From: an uncultured Eubacteriales bacterium
GTDB taxonomy: Bacteria; Bacillota; Clostridia; Oscillospirales; Oscillospiraceae
DNA length: 42,894 nt
Assembly: GCA_948439445.1 (NCBI GenBank)
Contig: CAOJND010000001.1
Coordinates: 1 to 42,894 of the forward strand
Direction of reading: 5' to 3'
Shown here: in pieces, positions 10,488 to 19,313 of the stretch
How the letters are laid out: the number at the start of each line of letters is the position of its first letter
How positions within the stretch are numbered: position 1 is the first letter of the stretch
Position numbers and translations under genes: made by a program
Notes under the pieces: model-generated
The model's database searches: none
Seen by the model: only the letters and a program-made list of their open reading frames with translations
Told to the model about the DNA's origin: nothing

Positions 10488-10595
10488 ACCCAAAACGTCC
10501 TCTTTTCAATAAAAATGCACCTCCATAATGTGACAGAACATATGACGAAACAGCCCTTCACAATACGAGATGCAATCTTATTAATCTTATATTGT

Positions 10596-10693
10596 TGCAA
10601 CGGGTGCGGTAATCATATCGTAAGACTGAGCTTTTCGTTTTGGCAGCAACTCCCCATCTACCAAACACTTGACGCATGAAAACCTATTTTGCA
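10596..10693 (-). ncRNA. THF riboswitch (class I)
   Basis: Minus strand UGCAAAAUAGGUUUUCAUGCGUCAAGUGUUUGGUAGAUGGGGAGUUGCUGCCAAAACGAAAAG...AUGAUUACCGCACCCGUUGCA matches the THF aptamer pattern and lies upstream of folE. Confidence 0.9.
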
Positions 10694-10921
10694 TATTATT
10701 CTATTTTCAGGAGGCTTACACAGTATACCACACTGTCTAGAAAAGGTCCATAGTTTTCTCAAAATATTTGGAAGCTTTTTACAAACTCGTCCCATATTTT
10801 ACCTCCCAGCTCCAAAAAGCTTCTTATAGCAGGAAAGCCGCCGGACGCGAAAAGGGACGGCACTGTGAAAAGCGCCGCCCCAGCTTTGAGATATTTTATC
10901 CCAACCTTTTACTGTTCAAAG

Positions 10922-10955
10922 TGTCGCCGCGAACGAAAAAACGTTCGCGGCGACA
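10922..10955 (-). terminator. Perfect 14-bp hairpin downstream of tRNA-Leu(TAA) and its trailing element
   Basis: TGTCGCCGCGAACG-AAAAAA-CGTTCGCGGCGACA; the U-tail is weak. Confidence 0.5.
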
Positions 10956-10999
10956 TGTAATAGCGGAACAGTATAGATATTGTTCTCGACGCGCGCTTA

Positions 11000-11114
11000 A
11001 AACCAAAATGCAAACCAGCGCAGCGTTTGCATTTTGGAAAGGAGGAGCAGCAAAATGAGCGCGCTCTGACTTCTGAAAGAAGTCGGAGCAAGCGATATGA
11101 AGCTTGCTCCGACG
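11000..11114 (-). repeat. tRNA-3'-abutting structured repeat, copy 1
   Basis: 115 nt, ungapped match to 41683-41797 (94/115 identical by hand count); begins immediately after the tRNA CCA. Confidence 0.9.
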
Positions 11115-11202
11115 TGGTGCCGCCGACCGGACTCGAACCGGTACGAGGGTTTACCTCACCAGATTTTAAGTCTGAGGTGTCTACCTATTCCACCACGGCG
11201 GC
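11115..11202 (-). tRNA. tRNA-Leu (anticodon TAA)
   Basis: GCCGCCG/CGGCGGC acceptor stem, TCAGA-CTTAAAA-TCTGG anticodon arm, long variable arm, GGTTCGAGTCC, encoded CCA. Confidence 0.97.
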
Positions 11203-11214
11203 TTATCTAAAATA

Positions 11215-11261
11215 ATTTTAACATATTTCCCCTCAACCGTCAAGTCCCGGTTGAGGGGAAA
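11215..11261 (-). promoter_or_regulatory. tRNA promoter overlapped by a 14-bp inverted repeat
   Basis: TTGACG-17 nt-TAAAAT on the minus strand; IR arms at 11226-11239 and 11248-11261. Confidence 0.6.
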
Positions 11262-11271
11262 CACATTACAA

Positions 11272-12597
11272 TCAATCCTCCACTGGCTGGTTGCAATACA
11301 CCCAGGCATTGGGTAAGTATCGGCCCTCCGGCGTATCCGAACGAGAACAGCGGGTCACATATTCCCCATCGTACCACAAAATGGCACTGGTGCCGCCGTC
11401 CATATTCATGGCCTGATAGCAGTCATACCGCAATAGAATCTCGGCGCAGGTTTCCGCATTGGTGCCGGCCGAATCGATTCGCCGGCCTTCAATCACCAGC
11501 ATCATGACTGCTTCATCCCGTGTCTGCCCCAAACATGCCCGGGGATTCATAGACGTGAAAATACTGCCACCGGATACATCTTCCCCATCTACCACCAGCG
11601 CAGGCGTAAATTCCATAGCATCGGTGCAGCCTTCACCATAAGAGGTATGGGCATCTGAAATGTACAGCCGGTTGTCCTGGTGCAGCTCAATTCGCTTGTA
11701 GCCCCAGGCGTAGTGCGTTCCATAGGTTTCACCGGAGGACATGCAGCCACCGGCCACCTTGCCACCGTTGCCTGCGCCACCTTCATCGATAAAGCCAGAG
11801 GCCGTCATAGCGAGTAACCCGTCGTTCTGTTCTGCAATGTAGCCCGCTTTCTGCCCAACGGAGCCAATGCTACTGGAAACCGCCAGCTTTAGCCGCGATG
11901 GATCCTTACAAATGGCCAGTGCCCCTCGATAGGTACTGCCCTTCACCCGCAAAAGCAGAACCCCATTGGCCACGTCAATGGCAAGCACCTGGTCTCCAGC
12001 AGTCGTGTAAATCGAAGTGCCTTCATCATCTAAGCCAGCCTCGTTGATTTTCAGCGCATCCCATCCATCCGCCACCACTTCCGGATGCTCTTTTACATAC
12101 TCCCGCATACTCTGCTGGTCCAACTCATGAAACAATTCAAAAAACGCCTCTTGCTCCTGTGTCGGCGCGCTCTGGTCAATCAGATCGTGGGTATATCCCG
12201 CCATAAAGCTGGAATTGGGCTTGCTGTCAGGCTGGGCCTCTGTGTGTACCTTGGCCGGTACGTTTTCCCAGTTAGAATTGTTGCCCACCTGCGCTGCCCG
12301 TGCCGCCTCCTGCGCAGCCATAACCTCATCGATGATATCACCGGGAATAAAAGCGGTAGCCAACCATTGATGGCGCATAGTCGACATGGCGGTTTCAATA
12401 TACATATTTCGCAAATACCGAATAAAGGAGATATCTGAGAAAATTGCGACGCAATATATCCCCTCCAACGCCAGAATCAGCGACAACACTACCACCAACA
12501 CCTTCATCCATTTGGAAGACTTGGGCGCAGTGCGTTCTGCCAGCCGGCCGGCGGAAAAATGGCCCCTACTTCTGCCGCCATATACTTTTTTAACCAT
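11272..12597 (-). CDS. Membrane-anchored phosphodiester glycosidase family protein (NAGPA/EpsL-like)
   Basis: GAGGA RBS, ATG 12597; single N-terminal TM; ASGF, NPRACLGQ, VIEGR, AMNMDGGTS motifs. Confidence 0.85.
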   Translation of the reverse strand: MVKKVYGGRSRGHFSAGRLAERTAPKSSKWMKVLVVVLSLILALEGIYCVAIFSDISFIRYLRNMYIETAMSTMRHQWLATAFIPGDIIDEVMAAQEAARAAQVGNNSNWENVPAKVHTEAQPDSKPNSSFMAGYTHDLIDQSAPTQEQEAFFELFHELDQQSMREYVKEHPEVVADGWDALKINEAGLDDEGTSIYTTAGDQVLAIDVANGVLLLRVKGSTYRGALAICKDPSRLKLAVSSSIGSVGQKAGYIAEQNDGLLAMTASGFIDEGGAGNGGKVAGGCMSSGETYGTHYAWGYKRIELHQDNRLYISDAHTSYGEGCTDAMEFTPALVVDGEDVSGGSIFTSMNPRACLGQTRDEAVMMLVIEGRRIDSAGTNAETCAEILLRYDCYQAMNMDGGTSAILWYDGEYVTRCSRSDTPEGRYLPNAWVYCNQPVED

Positions 12598-13786
12598 GGA
12601 TTGTTTCCTCCGAAGAAATGTTCCGTTCTTGTGTGTCCAATAAATAATGCACTGTGCGAAGGGTTTTTCCGCCCTGGATATACACCCTGGCAACTCTGCG
12701 GCTAATGCCACAGATAAATTCATAATTGAAGCTGTCTGCGGCGGCGGCGATCTGTTCAACGGTGATCTGCCGCGCTCCATCCTGCCCCACCAGAACCACA
12801 GGCTCATTCTGCTTGACGTTGGGAATATCTGTTACATCCACCATAATCTGGTCCATACACACCCGGCCCAAAATTGGCGCCGGGCAGCCTCGAATCAACA
12901 CGTAGAACCGATTGGACAAGCTCCTGCGGTAGCCGTCCGCATAGCCCACCGGAACCGTCGCCACTTTGGTAGGCCGGGTGGTAACAAAGGTGCCTCCATA
13001 GCTAATCTCCCGCCCCGGCTCCAAAAGCTTTACATGCGATACCCGGCTTCGCCATTGCAAAGCCGGCTGCAATTCGAGCAGCGCCGGATCCATCTCCTGG
13101 CTGGGATACAAGCCGTAAGTCACAATTCCAGAGCGCACCATTTCATACTGGTTCGCCATGGCCATAAGACCCGCCGAATTGTCCAAATGCCGCAGGGGGA
13201 TCTCTATCCCACGGCGACGGAGCATCTCGTCAAACGCGGCAAACCGCTGGGCCTGCGCCTGCGCCCGGCTTAGATCGGCGCAGTCGGCTGTGGCAAAGTG
13301 GCTAAACAGGCCCTCCGCCTGTAGCCCTGGCAAAGCCGCAATGGCGGTACACAGATCTGCCGATTCCTCTGTGGCCTGGAAGCCGATCCGGCTCATCCCC
13401 GTATCCACTGCAAAATGAAACGGTACCGTTCGGCTTTGCCGCTGCGCCTCTTGAGACAAAGCCACAGCGTCCTCATAGCGGAAAATAGCCGTTCGAAAGG
13501 ACTCCCGAACCACCACCGGAAACGCATCCACCGGTGTATGCCCCAAAATCAAAATCGGTGCAACCAGACCTGCCTGCCGTAGCTCCAAAGCCTCTGCCAC
13601 CGAAGACACCCCAAAAAACGCACAGTGGTCCTGCAAAAGCCTTGCAACCTGTACCGCTCCATGACCATAGGCATCGGCCTTAACCACCGCCATGACCTTC
13701 TTATTCCCTACCTTCTCCTGAACTGCCAGAAAATTCGCTAGAATCTTATCCAGGTCAATTTGAACATATGTATTGTCAAAATTCAA
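12590..13786 (-). CDS. alr: Alanine racemase
   Basis: TTG start with GGAG RBS; MAVVKADAYGHG (PLP lysine), DTGMSRIG, ISYGG, GYADG, GRVCMDQ, NYE. Confidence 0.95.
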   Translation of the reverse strand: MNFDNTYVQIDLDKILANFLAVQEKVGNKKVMAVVKADAYGHGAVQVARLLQDHCAFFGVSSVAEALELRQAGLVAPILILGHTPVDAFPVVVRESFRTAIFRYEDAVALSQEAQRQSRTVPFHFAVDTGMSRIGFQATEESADLCTAIAALPGLQAEGLFSHFATADCADLSRAQAQAQRFAAFDEMLRRRGIEIPLRHLDNSAGLMAMANQYEMVRSGIVTYGLYPSQEMDPALLELQPALQWRSRVSHVKLLEPGREISYGGTFVTTRPTKVATVPVGYADGYRRSLSNRFYVLIRGCPAPILGRVCMDQIMVDVTDIPNVKQNEPVVLVGQDGARQITVEQIAAAADSFNYEFICGISRRVARVYIQGGKTLRTVHYLLDTQERNISSEETIHG

Positions 13787-13959
13787 GGAATCAACTCCAC
13801 AACCATTAAAATTAAAACGTATTTTATCATAAACCGCTGAAAAAGTAAACACCATCAAAATAACCCACCGGAGATCTTAAGAATTTATTCATAAGATGTT
13901 CACAGTCAGCCGATATGCTTAAAAAGTAAACTTTTAATCAATAGAAAGGGGGGCTGCCT

Positions 13960-14631
13960 GTGGCGAATAATCGTCATGTTCGGCTGTCCAAACGAAATAA
14001 GTCGGAAAACCGGCATCTATGGCTACTGTTGTTCTGGGTCGTCTATGGAATCTGGTTTGTTTTGGTGGAACGGGGCTTCTCCAGAACCTTTCACACCGTC
14101 TGGTGCCCAGTAGACGACTGGATACCCTTTTGCGAATGGTTTGTCATCCCCTATATAATATGGTATGTTTTTTTATATGGTATGATCCTTTACTTGCTGC
14201 TGACCGACGTTCCAGCTTTCCGGCGGCATATGTATTTTATTATTCTGACCTACGGAATTACCATGGTAATCTACGCCATCTATCCCACCTGCCAGGCTCT
14301 TCGTCCCAGTCAATTCCCCCGAAACAATCCCATGACTTGGCTGATCCAGCTGCTCTATACCCTTGATACGCCAACCAATGTCTGTCCATCCATGCATGTA
14401 ATCGGGTCTGTAGCTGTCGTCTTCGCCGCATGGGACACCCGCCGGTTCCAAAACGCTGGCTGGCGAGTTGGTTTTGTGGTCACGGCGATTTTAATCTGTC
14501 TGTCCACTATGTTCATCAAACAGCACTCTGCGGTGGACGTGCTTGCCGGTCTATTGCTTTGTGGACTTGCCTATCCCGTGGTCTATGGAAAGCGAAGGAA
14601 GGCTTCCTCTCAAAAACAAAACGAGTCATAA
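13960..14631 (+). CDS. PAP2-superfamily membrane phosphatase/phosphotransferase
   Basis: Multi-TM; D.PTNVCPSMHV and STMFIKQHSAVDV motifs. Confidence 0.85.
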   Translation: MANNRHVRLSKRNKSENRHLWLLLFWVVYGIWFVLVERGFSRTFHTVWCPVDDWIPFCEWFVIPYIIWYVFLYGMILYLLLTDVPAFRRHMYFIILTYGITMVIYAIYPTCQALRPSQFPRNNPMTWLIQLLYTLDTPTNVCPSMHVIGSVAVVFAAWDTRRFQNAGWRVGFVVTAILICLSTMFIKQHSAVDVLAGLLLCGLAYPVVYGKRRKASSQKQNES

Positions 14632-14640
14632 ATAGCATGG

Positions 14641-14672
14641 ACTCCTCCTGTTTTGCAGGGGGAGTTTCATTT
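14641..14672 (+). terminator. Terminator of the PAP2 gene
   Basis: ACTCCTCCTG-TTTTG-CAGGGGGAGT then TTCATTT. Confidence 0.55.
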
Positions 14673-14779
14673 GTCAAAAAGCGGTTTTTATTGCATGCAA
14701 AGGGCGCGGCCCTGTCCCCTTCGTTTCCCTCTGCTATGCAGTCCGCTGCGCAAGGGCACAGCAGTCTGACGCTTTTCAT

Positions 14780-14815
14780 AAAAAACGGCATTGATCCGAA
14801 GACCAATGCCGTTTT
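14780..14815 (-). terminator. Terminator of the MglB-like gene
   Basis: AAAACGGCATTGGTC-TTCG-GATCAATGCCGTTTTTT on the minus strand (cUUCGg loop). Confidence 0.75.
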
Positions 14816-14826
14816 GCGATCGCAGC

Positions 14827-16005
14827 TTATTCGCCGGTAAAGGTACCATAGGCCACGTTAGCCCGCCAGGTACCGTCCACCTCAGCGTCCAGACCTTCAA
14901 ATACATAGCTGCCGTTATACAGGTTTCTGGTCATCTGGCAAACAGCGTTCGCCATATTGGTGGCATCCCACATCACCGTACCAGACATGGCGCCAGACTG
15001 GAGAATCTCCACCATTTCGTCGGAAGAGCCAGCGCCGAATACCGGCACATACCACTTGCCCATGGTATTATAACCAGCGGCCTGAAGAGCCTCTACCACA
15101 CCAAGGGCCGCCGTATCGCTGTTCACTAAAACCAGCTCGACCAGATTTTTGGAAGATTCGTTGTAAGTCTTCAAAATATCTTCCATCGTCTTCTTGCCAG
15201 CATCCTTGGTCCAACCGCCACTGGGTGCCGCAATCACCTTGCCGGCGTTGGCGCTGTCGTAGAATTCCAAATTGGAAAGACCGCTTCCGGACAAGACCTC
15301 GTTAGCAGCTTCCACGCCATATGTGGTGCAGGAAGCAGCCTCTACGCTAGAACCGTCGTCCTCCAGCAGAACATAGGAGATCTTGCCATCGCCATTGAGA
15401 TCCAAAGAATCAAAGTTATATGCTACAAAATCGCCCACCAGTCTACCCTGGGTACGACCGATCTGCGCCTCGTCCGTCTCCAGCAGCGCGCAACGATCAT
15501 AAGATGTGACTACCTCCTCGGGGACGGAGCAGTTAAAGAACACCAGCGGAATCTTGGCGGTAGAAGCCACATTCACAATATCCTGGGCCTTGGACGCATC
15601 GCTCAAACTGACCAGCAGCAGAGCAGCTCCCTGATCCACAGCGGCCTGAATATCGGTTACGCTCTCGCCTTCAAAGTCGGTATAAGTAATCTCCGCATTG
15701 GTCAGTGCAGCATCCAAAGCGGTTTTGACTTCAGCACTTTCTTTGCCATAGAACACGGCGACGGAACCCTCGCCCAATTCTTCCCACACAGGTCCCGATT
15801 CATTATCATCAGAGGTGGTAGGCGCAGTGGTGGTAGCCGGATCCGTAGGACCCTCATCCGTGGGAGTAGTGGCGTCGTCAGTCGGGCTGGTGGTTTCATT
15901 CCCATTGGTTTCCCGATTCCCCTGGGACAGGTCCTCTTCCTGTTTGCAAGCCGCCAGGGTCAGAAGCATCGAAGCTGCCAGCAGCATAGAAATCAGTTTT
16001 TTCAT
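14827..16005 (-). CDS. MglB-like sugar-binding-fold lipoprotein, orphan
   Basis: Lipobox LAAC; T/P/D-rich linker; IPLVFFN; Ca-loop DLNGDGKISY; GAMSGTV. Confidence 0.8.
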   Translation of the reverse strand: MKKLISMLLAASMLLTLAACKQEEDLSQGNRETNGNETTSPTDDATTPTDEGPTDPATTTAPTTSDDNESGPVWEELGEGSVAVFYGKESAEVKTALDAALTNAEITYTDFEGESVTDIQAAVDQGAALLLVSLSDASKAQDIVNVASTAKIPLVFFNCSVPEEVVTSYDRCALLETDEAQIGRTQGRLVGDFVAYNFDSLDLNGDGKISYVLLEDDGSSVEAASCTTYGVEAANEVLSGSGLSNLEFYDSANAGKVIAAPSGGWTKDAGKKTMEDILKTYNESSKNLVELVLVNSDTAALGVVEALQAAGYNTMGKWYVPVFGAGSSDEMVEILQSGAMSGTVMWDATNMANAVCQMTRNLYNGSYVFEGLDAEVDGTWRANVAYGTFTGE

Positions 16006-16225
16006 CTTCTCTTTTCCTCCTTAGAAATGACGGTCCGCCGTCATCGTTGGTTCTCATTATAGCCCATGAAATTTGGTTTGTAAATAGGATAACTGTAAAT
16101 TAAACATGAATTTCTAACATAATTTATTTACATTTCCCGACAGAATTTGTTTAAAAAGTTCCATCTTTTACAATTAAGAACCATTTTCTCCCGCTAGCCT
16201 ACAGACGCTGTGAACCGTTCTATTC

Positions 16226-17074
16226 CTAAAAAAACCGATTCTTTCCCCCAAAAACCTCAATTTTATGCCGGACAACCTGCTTCATGGCCTCAATTTCATA
16301 GGGGATCAGTCCCATCATAGTTTCCACCCCCGCCTGAAGGCCGGCCTGGATTCCCGCCTTTCCAGCCTTATCCAGATCCGTAAAAATATTGACCTTGCAC
16401 ACGCCCCGGGCCACAGCGGCTTGGAAATCTTCGTCGGTCAACCCACTGCCGCCGTGAAGCACCAGGGGCAGATGTGTTTTTTCCGCAATGGCGGAAATTC
16501 TGGGAAAGTCCAGCTTCGGCGGGAATCGATAGTCCCCATGGGCGTTGCCCACAGCCACGGCCAGCGCGTCAATTCCAGTGCGCTGCACGTAATCTAACGC
16601 CATATCAGGATCTGTAAAGAAATCGCTGGGGTTTTCCAGCTTGCCCAAGCCTGCGTTGTCCCCCACATGGCCCAGCTCGCCCTCCACCGTCACATTCATG
16701 GCATGGCAGATGCGCACCATTTGCGCCGTGTTTGCCACATTGGTCTCATAATCCGCGGTGGAGCAGTCGTACATGATGGAGGTAAAGCCCAGGCGAAGAG
16801 CCTCCATACACCGTGCAAAGCTCAGACCGTGATCATAGTGGACACATACAGGGACCCTGGCCTTTTTCGCCATTGGGATCAGATACTCCGCCACCCGCTC
16901 CAGTTCCATGGCGGGCAAGAGCACCTCCGCCGTTCCAATGATCACCGGCGCGTTCAGCTCCTGGGCAGTCTCCAGCACCGCCCGGGCCATTTCCACGTTT
17001 ACCGCGTTAAAAAAGCCAACACCGTATCCTCCCGCTTTTGCGCTGAGAAGAATCTCATTCATATTTACCAGCAT
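16226..17074 (-). CDS. Class II ketose-(bis)phosphate aldolase
   Basis: VHYDHG, SIMYDCS, VEGELGHVG, AVGNAHG, LVLHGGSG, KVNIFT. Confidence 0.92.
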   Translation of the reverse strand: MLVNMNEILLSAKAGGYGVGFFNAVNVEMARAVLETAQELNAPVIIGTAEVLLPAMELERVAEYLIPMAKKARVPVCVHYDHGLSFARCMEALRLGFTSIMYDCSTADYETNVANTAQMVRICHAMNVTVEGELGHVGDNAGLGKLENPSDFFTDPDMALDYVQRTGIDALAVAVGNAHGDYRFPPKLDFPRISAIAEKTHLPLVLHGGSGLTDEDFQAAVARGVCKVNIFTDLDKAGKAGIQAGLQAGVETMMGLIPYEIEAMKQVVRHKIEVFGGKNRFF

Positions 17075-17078
17075 GATA

Positions 17079-18200
17079 TCACCTGACCTCCTTTGTCTTC
17101 CAGCCCGCTTGTATGCGCTTCTCCAATTCCTCCAGAGGCTTTAACCCGCCCAGCGCGTCATAGGCCGCCACAGAGCAGGCGCCCTCCGCCGCCGCCAGCC
17201 GGACGCACTGCTCCGGCGTTTTCCCCTGTAAAACCGCCGCCAGAAATGCGGCGATGCTCACATCCCCGGCACCGGTACCGGAGCGGACGATATCCGCCTG
17301 GAAACAGGGCTGTATTCCCTCTCTGCCAGCCCACTGGGCGCAGCATAGGCCCAACCGGGCGCCGATTTGCTTCACGACCGGCTCTTCTGCTGTCCGATAG
17401 TACATACCGGCGGCGCCACATTTGATGAGCACCACCTTGCACCCCATGTCCATCAGCGTCTGAGCCAGCGCCCCCGCATCCCGCCGTAGATCCAGCTGCC
17501 CGGTCATATCCCCGCCCTGGGCGGCCAACCGGTCATATTTAGGCCGGTCCAGCATAAAACACAGCTCCTCAAAGCTGGGCACAAAAAAATCTGTGTGCGG
17601 CAGGACGCGGGACAAAATCTCCCGCCAATCCGCCTGCCCTGCCTGAGATTTCGGATCCACGGCGGCCAAATCCAGACTGGTGGCCACGCCCTTGGCCTTT
17701 GCCCGGGCAAATAGCGCCGCCAGCTCCACGCCGCCGTCCTGATACATCCGCCGCATCAAAGGCGGATAGCCAAAATGGAGCAGCGCCGCCTCTTCCAGCG
17801 CCTGCTCCGGCACGTCCTGGTTGGAAAACGTATCGTTCGCCCCAGGATTGTGCAGAAAAATCCGGTCGATGCCCGGTACCGCCAAAACCACGGAATAGGA
17901 GGTGGAGCCGTCGGGATCCACCAGCAGCCCTGCCACACGATGCTGCTCCAGAATATTACGTACCATCTCGCCAAAGGCGTCACGCCCCACTTTGCCCATC
18001 AAGGTTACGTCCACTCCCAGCTTTTTCAGCGCCAGGCCGGTGTTGGCCACGCTGCCGCCGGTGTGAACCTGGGCAGAATCCATTTGAATCAGCTTGCCAG
18101 GCACCAGAAGCTCGTCAAGCCGGTAATATGTTTTTTCAGAAGGAAAAACCGGGGTAATATCCAGACAGATATGCCCGGCGGCAATTACTCTTTTGTTCAT
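17079..18200 (-). CDS. PfkB-family carbohydrate kinase
   Basis: GGSVANTG..L.KLG and GTGAGD anion-hole motif; likely start MNKRVIAAGH at 18200. Confidence 0.9.
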   Translation of the reverse strand: MNKRVIAAGHICLDITPVFPSEKTYYRLDELLVPGKLIQMDSAQVHTGGSVANTGLALKKLGVDVTLMGKVGRDAFGEMVRNILEQHRVAGLLVDPDGSTSYSVVLAVPGIDRIFLHNPGANDTFSNQDVPEQALEEAALLHFGYPPLMRRMYQDGGVELAALFARAKAKGVATSLDLAAVDPKSQAGQADWREILSRVLPHTDFFVPSFEELCFMLDRPKYDRLAAQGGDMTGQLDLRRDAGALAQTLMDMGCKVVLIKCGAAGMYYRTAEEPVVKQIGARLGLCCAQWAGREGIQPCFQADIVRSGTGAGDVSIAAFLAAVLQGKTPEQCVRLAAAEGACSVAAYDALGGLKPLEELEKRIQAGWKTKEVR

Positions 18201-18278
18201 CAGCAGTCCCCCAAAATCAGGTGCTCCGGTTTCCCCAGGCAAAGGACACCCAGGGAAACCGGCTCGCGCCAAATTTCG

Positions 18279-19313
18279 TTACACCAGCCCCATAATCAGG
18301 TTCATGGTGTACATTTCCAGCTGCTCAAATTTCCGCGCGGCGATCAATTTGTTGGCGTAGTCGTAGTCGTACCGGGCCACCTTCTCCTCCAATGCGCGGA
18401 ACACCTCCAAGCTGTTTTTCAAATGCTCATAGCTATCCGCATCGGAGGTGGTGCGCATGGCCTTCACATCCAGGCCCACATACTCGCCCTTATCGCCATA
18501 GTGGTTCTCCACCAACACCTTCACCTGGTTAAAGGCCGCCCGCAAATTTTCCACACCAAAGGACTTGTCCTGGTCGTAGCGAATGCTGTTCTGGTCATTC
18601 AGGTGAACGGTGAACAGCTTGCCAAAAGCCATGGCGAAGCCAATCTCGTTGGCGGGGTCCAGGCCAGCCAGAATGGCGTGAGCGGATTCCAGATTGCCAC
18701 CGACCCGCTTGGGATCAATGGTGGCGGCGGATACCGCCATCACATGGCCCATGGTGCCGCAGATGGAGCGATCAATTGGCTCGTTGGGCTTTGGCTCAAT
18801 GCAGATCCGAATCTGATCGTCGTATTCCAACATTTTATTGATGGCGTCAATCAGCTGGCGGGTAGCCCAGGTGGGGTTTTTACTCTCGGCGCACAGGGTG
18901 CCCTCCCGGGCCAGCCACAAAACGATCAAATCCGTGCCCAGCTCCTTGGCAATATCAATGGAGCGATAGGAGCGCCACATAGCGAATTCCCGGTCCTCCT
19001 GGCTGGTGCTCATATAGCCGCCGTCCTGGGTATGGGGGTCCATCCAAAGCCGGGGCGCCACAAACTCCGCTTTCAGATTATACTTGTCCAACAGGGCCTT
19101 GACCTGGCGGGCATGGGCCTTAATTTCTTCTTCGGTCATGTTGTTCAGACCAGGCACCGCGTCGTCGTCATGGAACTGGACGGCAGAAAAGCCCAGCTCG
19201 GCAAACTTGGCAAATTTAGTTTCCAAGTCAATCTCGGACCGGGTGGCGGGACCGTAGGAATCCGCGCCGGTGTGGACATTCCAAGGACCTACAGAAAATT
19301 TAAATTGAGACAT
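18279..19313 (-). CDS. Xylose isomerase-like TIM-barrel enzyme (short, 344 aa)
   Basis: FHDDD, WLAREG, EPKPNEP, NLESAH, HLNDQ, DQD, LDVK match XylA catalytic and metal ligands. Confidence 0.85.
   Translation of the reverse strand: MSQFKFSVGPWNVHTGADSYGPATRSEIDLETKFAKFAELGFSAVQFHDDDAVPGLNNMTEEEIKAHARQVKALLDKYNLKAEFVAPRLWMDPHTQDGGYMSTSQEDREFAMWRSYRSIDIAKELGTDLIVLWLAREGTLCAESKNPTWATRQLIDAINKMLEYDDQIRICIEPKPNEPIDRSICGTMGHVMAVSAATIDPKRVGGNLESAHAILAGLDPANEIGFAMAFGKLFTVHLNDQNSIRYDQDKSFGVENLRAAFNQVKVLVENHYGDKGEYVGLDVKAMRTTSDADSYEHLKNSLEVFRALEEKVARYDYDYANKLIAARKFEQLEMYTMNLIMGLV

Noticed and set aside
15780-15920. T/P/D-rich low-complexity repeat
   Set aside because: Ordinary lipoprotein linker.
16101-16135. 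13-bp-periodic ACAT repeats upstream of the MglB-like gene
   Set aside because: Degenerate and AT-rich; cannot be distinguished from chance.
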